From positions 1-64,000 of the forward strand of contig JBNKOC010000019.1 of the NCBI GenBank assembly GCA_050294405.1: a stretch of 64,000 nucleotides of DNA, written 5' to 3'. The notes under the pieces are model-generated. The model saw nothing but the letters and a program-made list of their open reading frames with translations, was not told where the DNA came from and ran no database searches. The DNA comes from Fibrobacteria bacterium (GTDB taxonomy: Bacteria; Fibrobacterota; Fibrobacteria; UBA11236; JADFYW01). How positions within the stretch are numbered: position 1 is the stretch's first letter; every line of letters starts with the position of its first letter. Positions 30,201 to 38,797 of this stretch are shown in pieces. A program made the translations under genes and the position numbers.

Positions 30201-32011
30201 CGGTGGGGGTTGTCGGCCAAGGCAATTTTAGTTTCGTGGATAATATTCACAATTGGCGAATTAGCCCCCTTAATGAGTTTAAATTCGGGCTTAACATTTA
30301 ATTTGGCATTCGCCGCCTTGGCTATCAGCCACTCATATACATATTGTCCTTTGCGCCTTTTAATCCAATTTATTTTTCCGTTGGGAGGAATAATCAAAGT
30401 GTCTCGGGTAAGGACATCTTTTCCCTCCATATTTTCTGCTTTGAGATAGTCGCTGATAACATGGGAAGAGGGAAACATATCCGATCCAAAATGCAGCACT
30501 ATCAACTCTTCCCCAAAGGGGATTGCAGAATTCTCCGACTTTAATTCAATGTTAAAACTGCTCCCACTGGCGCCGCTTCCGGACCGCAGGCCTTCAATTT
30601 GGATAAAATAATCCGGCAACAAGCTCTTTGTAATTTGAATAGATTTTAAGAACCCGCCTCCGTTAAACCGCTCCCACTTTTTAGCCTTTTCCCAGCGCGC
30701 CCATTCTGCGAACAGCGAGTAATATCCAGGTTCAAGATTTACTGGAATTTGCAGCGAATCCTCAAACACGCCGCTCTCTTCGGGGGCTATTATACGTTCC
30801 ATCACAGATACATCAGACTGATTGACCAATTGAATTTTTAAAGAATCCAATGGCGCATTTCCGAAGCCCGTTTCCGGATTTTTTTCCAGCATGGCTATTC
30901 TGTAATTAAAACTGCTCCCCAAGGGAATTTTGGACTTATCTGTATACGCATGGGGGTATAAAATTTTTTCTTTGGTTTTGATCTCGTTCCAAAGCCCCTC
31001 CATGCTGCAATAGTGGTGATCTTTCTCCAGGGAAATTTTGTAGCTCAATAGTGAATCGGGGCCAATAACATCTTTCAAAACATAGGCCAGACCGTTTGGA
31101 TCTGTGCTGGTCTCCCATTTTTTTCCCCCGTGGCTTTCAAAAATCATTTTATAGGGAGCTTTTAACTGAGGGGAAGAACTAAAACCCCAAACCATCATCA
31201 ATTCGCCATCGTTTTTGGCGCTTATGTTCAAACTGGATACATAAAACTTGATTTCCTTAAAAAAATAGGCGTTGTAAATGGTTAATCTATATATGCCCGG
31301 CTCTTTCATTTTTTTCTTAAATTCAAAACGCCTGCCCGAAAGAGTGCGCCTGTCCGCCTCCACCAACTGGTATTTTTCCTCGGATGTTAATGAAGAGGCT
31401 TCTTGCCTTTTTTCTATAAGAAAATTGAGCTGCACGGAATTTTTAGGACTGTGGAGCCCCAGGGATCTCACAGAAAGATCTTCCCCGGGAGCTATTTGTT
31501 GGGACTCCGCCACAAAAGAAAAATAATGAAGGGAACTGGGCTTTATATCAGGATAATGTTGGCTGTAGAGATTGCGCAATTTTGGATTTTCGGAAGAAAG
31601 AGCATCTTCCACCCAGGCCCGCACAAATGCTTTGTAGGAATTCCCCTTTTTTTTGAAAGGCTGAAAAGCCGGAGCGTGGGAAAATCTGAAAAATAAATAG
31701 TTTAGCTCCCCCCTACCTTCCGCTTCTGGAAACTGGCTTTTTAGCCGACGGTAGTTTTCCATGGGAGAAGATTCGGACTGGAAAAGATCGATAAGACGCT
31801 CCCGATAGGCCATATCCGGCTCCACAAAAAAATTTTGAATGGAATCGCTAAGAATATCGGAAATACGAATGGCCTTAGCTGGTAAAAACCGGCCTTTGAT
31901 TTCTTTTTTTTCAATTACCCTGGGCGAAACTGAAATTTTTTTGGGGGCGCAGGCAGTAAAAAAAAATATGGCCGAAGCGGCCACAAAAAAAATTCGCCCT
32001 AAAAAAATCAT
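27260..32011 (-). CDS. Alpha-2-macroglobulin-like lipoprotein
   Basis: 1583 aa; FTAC lipobox, YTDK..I..G (MG2), QNKDGGWS, W.SEKTT, DALPAGC and YYLKAIHPGNY. Confidence 0.8.
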   Translation of the reverse strand: MIFLGRIFFVAASAIFFFTACAPKKISVSPRVIEKKEIKGRFLPAKAIRISDILSDSIQNFFVEPDMAYRERLIDLFQSESSPMENYRRLKSQFPEAEGRGELNYLFFRFSHAPAFQPFKKKGNSYKAFVRAWVEDALSSENPKLRNLYSQHYPDIKPSSLHYFSFVAESQQIAPGEDLSVRSLGLHSPKNSVQLNFLIEKRQEASSLTSEEKYQLVEADRRTLSGRRFEFKKKMKEPGIYRLTIYNAYFFKEIKFYVSSLNISAKNDGELMMVWGFSSSPQLKAPYKMIFESHGGKKWETSTDPNGLAYVLKDVIGPDSLLSYKISLEKDHHYCSMEGLWNEIKTKEKILYPHAYTDKSKIPLGSSFNYRIAMLEKNPETGFGNAPLDSLKIQLVNQSDVSVMERIIAPEESGVFEDSLQIPVNLEPGYYSLFAEWARWEKAKKWERFNGGGFLKSIQITKSLLPDYFIQIEGLRSGSGASGSSFNIELKSENSAIPFGEELIVLHFGSDMFPSSHVISDYLKAENMEGKDVLTRDTLIIPPNGKINWIKRRKGQYVYEWLIAKAANAKLNVKPEFKLIKGANSPIVNIIHETKIALADNPHRFLISSSDEELISSKNLKVQFEKNGGELESSPFKFSKIGSGEVDFTPTEPGIYHIALNGVLRGKAFKVKQKFFVPRYYGEGLSEEDCYVMYDKPSYAIGDSVFVKIYIGILNGKVLLTRESNQIQDVLVADIQNHSGTIAFPLNQNRYENPNWNLSWQKEGKFYTGNIQLPLEEEFQKLQANLVLNSPPAPGSELESSLELKNHESKQGVFFYSLIPKEDVEATQWVINVSKKESSLLYEPHQKNYIRTQFSKDIFPEFLPIQIVGRESLRFSNFNPGAFSEPVNSKHVKNSFRFYSDWMEIRNKSKYPIQIQLPDKSGEWLLHVWGYNAMGPLSLSLPVALSGDININSSAPHKLHAGDEFFVETEIENTQTQAVEGILETNLLEISTNSAQTKDSTLYIDRGEQVKVIVPFKAAQPGQYKLNTLYKQGSHDYVDSQALEIYGNDATEVLYGYLYGAEKNSRNFNRIKFKSPFNPGSKIIFSAFPGISSWLTYELVNRLSHSEGILETANTVQAAMHFLVENPKHTLANEIGRLWKLQMDSYLISVMESQNKDGGWSFDAGEKSIPELSAYILQALSVYKNKMGQELSSSLNQCFLEAIGFLQSSLKNYEEGQVEHAFMLYALAISGNTGEVGARVNQLSKERIPYSPPAAAYYLGAAKICHQNKAADKFLEVLERQVIEIKSEVSWSGDLHSAWFKNHIESSAIILGILAEFEPKHRFTQKVLPYLSRKWLGNGWGSEKTTSVIFIAIAKACSLVNNKVKMEVKNFTNGKKTQQFDLENENLNPIHFTLDNLDRSSQGEFIFGFDGRGDLLYNIKLYNGNSQEISNRRKDLWNLSKNYKLLQYQKNGKDSWELKSSPRENYDVGDEIEVNLELNSEIDLRFVEIRDALPAGCNLIHRDSSWSQKLNLDFTQDKFEKNETQGYVSHKIQFLPAGKHQFRYYLKAIHPGNYHARESQICEWLDGNCDFFDYPQKIGISRN

Positions 32012-32054
32012 ATTCGTACAGTAATATATAAATGTTGGGCTTTGCAGAATAAGG

Positions 32055-32076
32055 AAAAGCCCCCAAAGTCGGGGGC
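32055..32076 (-). terminator. Rho-independent terminator after yceI
   Basis: Minus strand reads gccccc-gacttt-gggggc-tttt. Confidence 0.65.
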
Positions 32077-32101
32077 CAGAGGAAAAAAAATTAGTTGTAA
32101 A

Positions 32102-32695
32102 TTATTTTTTCTCGATAGCGATGATTACAAAGTTAGCCCGAACTTCTTCGCCAACTAATATGCCGCCGGCTTCCAAAGCTTTGTTCCACTTAACGCCGTA
32201 GTCCATTCTGTTAAGTGTGGGTTTAGCTGTAAAAGCGACTTTAGTGTTTCCCCAAGGGTCATTACCCAGATTGTTCACTTTTACAGGGAAGGAAATTTCT
32301 TTTGTGACGCCGTGAAGGGTAAAGTCACCAGATACCACCACTTCTTTTCCTTTTTTAGAAAAGCTTTTGCTTACGAAAGTAATTTCGGGATACTTTTCCA
32401 CATCCAGAAAATCAGGACTTTTCAGATGGCCGTCTCTTTTTTCGTTATCTGTGAAAATAGAAGCAGCCTTGATGGTGAATTTTACAGAGGATTTTTCAGG
32501 GGATTTAGCATCCCAGTTCAATTTTAAATCAAAATCCTTGAAGCGACCGTCCACCTCAGAAAACATCATATAATCTACGCTGAAACCCATTTTTGAGTGG
32601 GCGCCATCCAGACTATATTCAGCGGCTTGAATCGAACTAAACCCAAAAAACAATAAAACCCCAAACAATTTTGATAATAATGGCAGGTTTTTCAC
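32102..32695 (-). CDS. yceI: YceI-family polyisoprenoid-binding protein
   Basis: LDGAHSKMGF, RDGHLKSPDFLDVEKYPEITF, TLHGVTK and DPWG motifs; GGAGG RBS with GTG start. Confidence 0.93.
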   Translation of the reverse strand: MKNLPLLSKLFGVLLFFGFSSIQAAEYSLDGAHSKMGFSVDYMMFSEVDGRFKDFDLKLNWDAKSPEKSSVKFTIKAASIFTDNEKRDGHLKSPDFLDVEKYPEITFVSKSFSKKGKEVVVSGDFTLHGVTKEISFPVKVNNLGNDPWGNTKVAFTAKPTLNRMDYGVKWNKALEAGGILVGEEVRANFVIIAIEKK

Positions 32696-32783
32696 AACTC
32701 CTCCTTAATTTGTTGAAACATTAGTTGTATATACAATTAATTTACAATATTTTTCCTCATGCGCAAGTCCCAACCAAAGACGG

Positions 32784-33542
32784 TTAGTTTTCGAGTGGAA
32801 GTTCCTTTAAAAAGTCCTTATAAGAGGAAGTTTCCCGATGGGACAGGGCACTATTGATTACGAACCGGATATTTTTCACAGTTTCTGGATGTTTAAAATC
32901 GTGGGGATGGATGGCAATTCGAAGCCAGGTTTGGTCTTTATGTTTTTTTTCCAGATAAGGACAAACCAACAGTGAGCCGTATTTACGAACTAAAGTTCGG
33001 GTGGCCCAGGTCACCACGGGGGCTCGCCATCCCGTAGAAGTTTCAGTATTGTAAATACCCCAATGGCTTTCACTTAATTTTAGTCCCATTTTTCTTAAGA
33101 CCGGAAACAGATTTTCATTGTAAAGCCAGGCTGGCGCAATAAAACCTAAGGCATTGATTCCAGGAAGCGCATTGTTCATGACTTCCATTCCCTTTTCTAT
33201 TCTCTTTTTTATTTCCTCTTCAGATAGGCTCAAGAATTCCCCTTCTCCGGCAGTCATAAATTTGCGTTTAAAAAAGTTTGCCCCCCCTTTTTCCAGGGAA
33301 TTGTTTTCAGTTTCTAAATGATAATATCCGTGTAAAAACCACTCTGGATTGCTAAAAGAAACAGAGTCCAACCATTCTTTAAACTGGGAGCTATTTGCTG
33401 AAATTCCATTCTTGTGAAAATCCGGCACAAACAAATAAGCCACTTGGCTAAGTCCCAGAGAAGATGCCAGTTTTTGGAACTCCCTTAAAAGGGGCAAGTG
33501 ATGGGGAGTAACATCGTGGAGGCTGATTAGTAATTTTTTCAG
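32784..33542 (-). CDS. DUF2334 / polysaccharide deacetylase-family protein (probable CTG start)
   Basis: Extending the track ORF by 15 codons recovers ISLHDVTP; also LHGYYH, GEGEF, GFIAPAW and LRIAIHPHD. Confidence 0.85.
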   Translation of the reverse strand: MKKLLISLHDVTPHHLPLLREFQKLASSLGLSQVAYLFVPDFHKNGISANSSQFKEWLDSVSFSNPEWFLHGYYHLETENNSLEKGGANFFKRKFMTAGEGEFLSLSEEEIKKRIEKGMEVMNNALPGINALGFIAPAWLYNENLFPVLRKMGLKLSESHWGIYNTETSTGWRAPVVTWATRTLVRKYGSLLVCPYLEKKHKDQTWLRIAIHPHDFKHPETVKNIRFVINSALSHRETSSYKDFLKELPLEN

Positions 33543-33665
33543 ATATTTATCCTTTTAGTTATACTTTAAAGAAGCAGTCACAAGCTTCTTTAAGTTTGGA
33601 AGGCTTAAATTTAAGTAGCCTCGGTCCCCTTGGCGCGCCCCGTATAATGTCCCAATCCTCAATTT

Positions 33666-34826
33666 TTAGAGATCCCCATTTTTAAAAAGACTTTGGTAAA
33701 ACTGAATTTGCCTGTTAAAAAAATTATCCCAGTCCCCATAGTCCTCGGCCAGGGCGTGGGATTTTTGGGCTAACTTTTCCAGATTTTCATTCCGCAAGTT
33801 CTCTACTACGGATAAAAAAGAATTTTTATCTCCTGCTTTAAACCGGAGTGGGGAGTTTAATTTGGAAAGCAACTCACCCACTCCTCCCGCATCGGGACCT
33901 ACCACCACCAAACCGCTGGCCATAGCCTCAAGAGCTCCCAGGCCAAAGGTTTCATAAGGGCCCGGAGCCAGAAGGACCTGGTGCTCGTGGTATATTTTTT
34001 GGAGTTCGGAAGGTTCAGATACATAGCCTCCGTAGGTGAAATTGGGGATGCTAACATTTTTAAAATGAGAGGCTAGCTTGCCCCGCCCCACCATAGTGAA
34101 CTTCACATTTGGTATTCGGCAAATTTTTTCCAGGGTTTCCACAATGAGCCCGGTTCCTTTATCTTTATCAAGACGTCCGGCGTACAATATTTTAAGAGGT
34201 CCACTTTGCCAGGTTCGCCATTTTTTCTGCAACTGGTCCTTTGAATATAAAATATTCTTTTGTATTCCAAAAGAGTTGAAATGGACATGTTCCACCCCTT
34301 GCCTAAGCAACTTTTTTTCGATAATTTGCGAAGCCACCACTGTGCCGTGGTATTGTTTTTGCAATTTGTAAAAAAGAGCTTCGGCTAATTTAGCTACGGG
34401 CATCATCCATTTTTCCACGCCGGACTTTTTTACCCAGGGATAGAGGTAGGTGTCTATTGGGTCCGAGTGATACATGCTGGTTTTTATTTTCCCCTTGAGA
34501 GCAGGATTAAACAAAGTAAAAAGAGCGCTAAGCCAGGGATCGCCAATTTCAATAACATCTGCTCCCTCAGATTTAATAGCCCTGGAAATGCTAAAAGGAT
34601 TTAACATCAAACGGTAGCCTTCCGCATCTTTGGTGAGCGCCAACCCTTTTCGCTGAATCAAACGGATGTTTTCGCCAATTTCTGCGATGTTATGCTCGGG
34701 ACCCGGATACAGCAAACAGTAATCATGGAATTTGTTCTGCTTAAAAAATTCAATTTTGGCCTGGTGGTAGGTTCGAATTCCCCCCGCCTTATAATTGAAA
34801 AAAGTATTGATATCCAGAAATTTCAC
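33666..34826 (-). CDS. GT4-family glycosyltransferase
   Basis: DINTFF...GGIRTY, IEIGDP, YHSD, YAGRLDKDK and ETFGLGALEAMASG motifs. Confidence 0.9.
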   Translation of the reverse strand: MKFLDINTFFNYKAGGIRTYHQAKIEFFKQNKFHDYCLLYPGPEHNIAEIGENIRLIQRKGLALTKDAEGYRLMLNPFSISRAIKSEGADVIEIGDPWLSALFTLFNPALKGKIKTSMYHSDPIDTYLYPWVKKSGVEKWMMPVAKLAEALFYKLQKQYHGTVVASQIIEKKLLRQGVEHVHFNSFGIQKNILYSKDQLQKKWRTWQSGPLKILYAGRLDKDKGTGLIVETLEKICRIPNVKFTMVGRGKLASHFKNVSIPNFTYGGYVSEPSELQKIYHEHQVLLAPGPYETFGLGALEAMASGLVVVGPDAGGVGELLSKLNSPLRFKAGDKNSFLSVVENLRNENLEKLAQKSHALAEDYGDWDNFFNRQIQFYQSLFKNGDL

Positions 34827-34912
34827 TTTTACAAATTACTGTCATATTCCTTCAATGTCTAACCTCCTTTTAAAACAGTTTTTTTAATATATTTTCCGGA
34901 AATAAGGACATT

Positions 34913-36229
34913 TTGAGAAAACTGACTCACAAAAAATCTCGTTCCCATTATACAGTTACCCTGGGCAATATTTTAAAAATGTTGGGCTGGTTTCAGGTGG
35001 AGCTCTTTTCCCATTTGCCAGAGCTTTGGGAGCTTCGAAAAATCTACAAAAACAGGGTTCCCAATCCTGAGGATTTATCCGTGGCGCTCATAGGCGATAA
35101 CCTGGACGAAGTAAACGGAATTGCCCTTAGCAGCCGGACCCTGATTCGCACTCAATTAAAAAAAAACCGCAAAATTTATTTAGTGGGAATCGCCTTCCAC
35201 AACAAAAACCCCCGCATGGAAATGAGAGGGGGCAGTATTGTGATGATTCCCGGTCTTGCCAGCATGGACCAGCCCGGGTATTCGGGAAGCGAAGTGGCCA
35301 TTCCCAAAATTGGCCTTATGTTGCGGTTGCTAAAGCGCTACCCAATTGATCTATTCGAATTCGAAACTCCAAATACCATGGGTTTTATGGCTCTTTGTAT
35401 TGCCAAGTTTATTGGCATTAAAACCATTTCGCATTATCGCACGGATTTGCTCACCTATCTGGACTTGCTTATTCAAAACAAGTTGGGAAAATGGATTCTC
35501 CATAAGTGCGTCATCTTTTTCACCTGGGCTTCCGGGCCTGTAATTGTTCCCTCCCGTGCCTTCAAGGATAAGGTAGCCCAAATGGGAATTCCCAAAGATA
35601 AAATCCACCAGCTACCCCGGGGCGTGGACCAAGTAATGTTCCACCCCGATAAAAAAAATAACGGGGCCTGGGAAAAATTACTCCCTGAAGGAAAAGGTTT
35701 TCGCCTTATTTATATGGGACGCATTTCCCGGGAAAAAAACCTGCCCTGGCTTTGTGAATTTTACCGTGCCTTAAAAACCCGATTCCATGAGCTGAGGCTA
35801 ACTGTGGTGGGAGAAGGTCCTTATCTGGAGGAAATGAAAAGGGAATTATCCTCTTTTCCCGAAGTTTTTTTTACTGGAACTCTACGAGGTCAAAATCTGG
35901 CCGGGGTTCTGGCCAGTTCCGATGTAATGCTTTTTCCCAGCACTACGGATACCTTTGGCAACTCGGTTATTGAGGCTTTGGCTTCGGGAGTTCCCTGTCT
36001 GGTGTCCAATGAAGGAGGTCCACAAGAAATTGTGGAAAATGGAAGCTGCGGTTTTGTGGTGGACCCCAAAAACCAGAGCGAGGCTGTGGAGCTTTTGGCG
36101 GGAATTCTGGAAAATCCAGAGGCCTTAAAAAGCATGAAGGAAAACGCCCGTAAGAGAGCTCAGGTTTTCACCCACGAAAACTCCGCGGACAGATTTTGGG
36201 CATTTTACCAGTCCCTATTTGAAAATTGA
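34913..36229 (+). CDS. GT4-family glycosyltransferase (glycolipid-synthase-like)
   Basis: EVNGIA, RGVD, YMGRISREKN and FPSTTDTFGNSVIEALASGVP motifs. Confidence 0.9.
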   Translation: MRKLTHKKSRSHYTVTLGNILKMLGWFQVELFSHLPELWELRKIYKNRVPNPEDLSVALIGDNLDEVNGIALSSRTLIRTQLKKNRKIYLVGIAFHNKNPRMEMRGGSIVMIPGLASMDQPGYSGSEVAIPKIGLMLRLLKRYPIDLFEFETPNTMGFMALCIAKFIGIKTISHYRTDLLTYLDLLIQNKLGKWILHKCVIFFTWASGPVIVPSRAFKDKVAQMGIPKDKIHQLPRGVDQVMFHPDKKNNGAWEKLLPEGKGFRLIYMGRISREKNLPWLCEFYRALKTRFHELRLTVVGEGPYLEEMKRELSSFPEVFFTGTLRGQNLAGVLASSDVMLFPSTTDTFGNSVIEALASGVPCLVSNEGGPQEIVENGSCGFVVDPKNQSEAVELLAGILENPEALKSMKENARKRAQVFTHENSADRFWAFYQSLFEN

Positions 36230-36301
36230 AAAATTTTCAAAAGGTAATTGTTGATTTCCCCAACCAAAAAGTGAAACTATAAGTATAAGGCAAAAAGGAG
36301 T

Positions 36302-36496
36302 TTGAACATGGTTCTTATAATTTCCCTGGTTTGTATTTTGAGTTCCTTTGCGGGAGTCTTGTTGGGACTTTCCCTTAAAGGCTTATTGGTTATGAAACTG
36401 GGGTTGGAAAAGGGACAGAAAAAAATGTTTAATATTGGAATTATAGCAGGAGCTGGGGCCTTATTGCTCAGCATTATTGGGCTTTTTGTCCGTTAA
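36302..36496 (+). CDS. Small two-TM membrane protein
   Basis: AAGGAG RBS upstream; two hydrophobic segments; start could be ATG at 36308. Confidence 0.6.
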   Translation: MNMVLIISLVCILSSFAGVLLGLSLKGLLVMKLGLEKGQKKMFNIGIIAGAGALLLSIIGLFVR

Positions 36497-36596
36497 AATC
36501 CGCGAAATTATTCCATTAAGCAATTTGATTTTTTTGTGTTTTTTTTGCCATTATCATGGTAAAATGTAAGTATGGAAAACAAATTTTCCAGCTTTC

Positions 36597-36737
36597 GGGC
36601 ACCGCTAAAAATTGATGATCGAGGGTGTGAGTGAGGCGTGCGATAACGAAAAACCGGAGTTTATGCATTATAAATGAGGATTTTGAGGAAGAGCAGAACG
36701 AAGTTCACAGCTACGAGGGCAATTTTTGGAGGTGCCC
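36597..36737. mobile_element. 141-bp palindromic MITE/RPE-like intergenic element
   Basis: Terminal inverted repeats gggcaccgctaaaaattg / caatttttggaggtgccc (16/18 match); central ggag-tttat-gcatt-ataaa-tgagga hairpin. Confidence 0.7.
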
Positions 36738-36792
36738 TTAGATCTTGCCAGCACTTTAAAAAATATTATCACCGCCAAAAAAGGGGTTTTCC

Positions 36793-38697
36793 ATGAGCGA
36801 GAATGGGGTTCATAAAGAAGAAGAAATTAAAATCGATCTTTCGAAAATGTCCGCTGAAAAAGCGGCTGCCATGGTAGTTGCAGAAAGTGCGCGGGAATCA
36901 AAATGGGACTCTCCCAGCTTTGCTGGAGGAATTTTTATGGGCCGCTTTAATGCGGATATTATCAACCCCTTTCCCATACAATCTGAAGAGGATAGAAAAA
37001 TTGGAGATGAACTCATCGCCCAGGTTTCTGCTTTTTTGAAAGAAAACCTAGATCCCGATGAAGTGGACGAAACAAGGGAAGTGCCCCAAAAGGTTTTAGA
37101 TGGCCTTACTAAAATGAAGCTGTGGGCCATGAAAATCCCCAAGGAATACGGTGGACTTGGACTATCTCAGGTGAACTACAACCGTGTGATGGCCATGATA
37201 GCCAGTTACTGTGGCTCCACTACGGTTTTATTGAGCGCACACCAAAGTATCGGTGTGCCACAGCCTCTGAAAATGTTCGGCACTAAAGAGCAAAAAGAAA
37301 AATACCTGCCCCGCTTTGCCGAAGGGGCCATTTCGGCTTTCGCCTTAACAGAGCCAGAAGTTGGGTCTGATCCCGCAAAAATGCTCACCACAGCTACCCC
37401 AATTGATAACGGCGAAAATTTTTTAATAAATGGAAAGAAGCTTTGGTGCACCAATGGGCCCATTGCCGACATTTTAGTGGTGATGGCAAAGACCCCGCCC
37501 AAAATTAAAAATGGCCGGGAAATCCCTCAGATAACAGCATTTATTGTGGAAAAAGGGATGCCGGGTTTTGAGGTGGCTCACCGATGCGATTTTATGGGCA
37601 TTCGCGGAATTTACAACGGGCTACTTTCCTTTAAGGATGTTAAGGTTCCCAAAGAAAACATTATTCTGGGAGAAGGTAAAGGATTAAAGCTCGCTCTCAA
37701 AACATTAAATGCCGGACGTCTTACCCTACCCGCGGCGGCTGTTGGTATGGGACGCCAGTGTATGAACATCGTGAGAGATTTTGGAAATTCCCGCGTGCAA
37801 TGGGGAATGTCCATTGGTAAACATGAAGCCGTATCCAATAAAATTGGCAACATGGCTGCTACCCTGTTTTCCATGGAGGCGGTAACATGGCTTACATCGG
37901 CCATGGTGGATGAAGCCAAGTTTGACATTCGAATTGAAGCGGCCATGGCGAAAATGTATTGCTCTGAAGCTGCCTGGAAAATGATTGATGACACCCTGCA
38001 AATTCGAGGAGGACGGGGATACGAAAAAGCCCAGTCCCTTAAAGGCCGTGGAGAAAAACCCATTCCTGTAGAAAGAATGATGAGAGATTGCCGTATCAAC
38101 CGCATTATCGAAGGAACCACAGATATTATGCACCTGTTCTTAGCCAGAGAAGCCCTGGACCCGCACATGGAAGTGGCTGGAGAGCTGATGTTAAAGCATA
38201 TTCCCCTAGGGCAAAAAATGAAGGCCGGTGTTAAGATGGCCAACTTTTATTTGAAATGGTATCCCAACCAATGGGTCAACTCAAGCCCTTTTGCCAGCTA
38301 TGCAGAATTTCACCCCAAACTGGCCAGACATATGCGCTACGTGGAAAGAACCAGCCATCATTTGGCCCGCTCCATTTTCCATGCTATGGGTATGTATCAA
38401 AATACTCTGGAAAGAAGGCAAATGATTTTAGGGCGCTTTGTGGATATCGGCACGGAGCTATTCGCCATCGCCGCCACTTGTTCTTACGCTCAAAAGCTTA
38501 TGGAAGAAAAAAATCCCGATAAGGATCCCATGCAGTTGGCAAACTTCTTTTCCAAGCAAAGCCGCCGCAGAATCGAGCAACTTTTTGCAGATGTTTCCGA
38601 TAATGATGATAGCCAGGCCAATAAAATTGCCAAAGACTTTTTAAACGGCCAATACAAATGGATGGAACAGGACATTATCCGCTGTATTGAAGATTAA
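36793..38697 (+). CDS. Acyl-CoA dehydrogenase (VLCAD/ACAD9-like long form)
   Basis: IPKEYGGLG, SAHQSIG, AFALTEPEVGSD, NGKKLWCTNG, QIRGGRGY and RDCRINRIIEGT motifs. Confidence 0.95.
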   Translation: MSENGVHKEEEIKIDLSKMSAEKAAAMVVAESARESKWDSPSFAGGIFMGRFNADIINPFPIQSEEDRKIGDELIAQVSAFLKENLDPDEVDETREVPQKVLDGLTKMKLWAMKIPKEYGGLGLSQVNYNRVMAMIASYCGSTTVLLSAHQSIGVPQPLKMFGTKEQKEKYLPRFAEGAISAFALTEPEVGSDPAKMLTTATPIDNGENFLINGKKLWCTNGPIADILVVMAKTPPKIKNGREIPQITAFIVEKGMPGFEVAHRCDFMGIRGIYNGLLSFKDVKVPKENIILGEGKGLKLALKTLNAGRLTLPAAAVGMGRQCMNIVRDFGNSRVQWGMSIGKHEAVSNKIGNMAATLFSMEAVTWLTSAMVDEAKFDIRIEAAMAKMYCSEAAWKMIDDTLQIRGGRGYEKAQSLKGRGEKPIPVERMMRDCRINRIIEGTTDIMHLFLAREALDPHMEVAGELMLKHIPLGQKMKAGVKMANFYLKWYPNQWVNSSPFASYAEFHPKLARHMRYVERTSHHLARSIFHAMGMYQNTLERRQMILGRFVDIGTELFAIAATCSYAQKLMEEKNPDKDPMQLANFFSKQSRRRIEQLFADVSDNDDSQANKIAKDFLNGQYKWMEQDIIRCIED

Positions 38698-38731
38698 CCT
38701 GTTTTTCTAGAACCCATCTCAAAATAAAATC

Positions 38732-38769
38732 AGGGGCTTTTGGAGTGTTTTCTAAAAAGCCCCTTTTTT
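38732..38769 (+). terminator. Rho-independent terminator after the acyl-CoA dehydrogenase gene
   Basis: aggggctttt...aaaagcccct followed by a T-run. Confidence 0.65.
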
Positions 38770-38797
38770 ACGGTCAAATTTTTTAATTTCCATTGCC

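Noticed and set aside
36572..36634. 20-codon ORF MENKFSSFRAPLKIDDRGCE running into the palindromic element
   Set aside because: No clear RBS, and it mostly derives from the element's terminal repeat.
37611..38243. 210-aa antisense ORF inside the acyl-CoA dehydrogenase gene (also 52055-52600 and 53205-53801)
   Set aside because: Fully overlapped by well-supported genes on the opposite strand, with no recognisable motifs.
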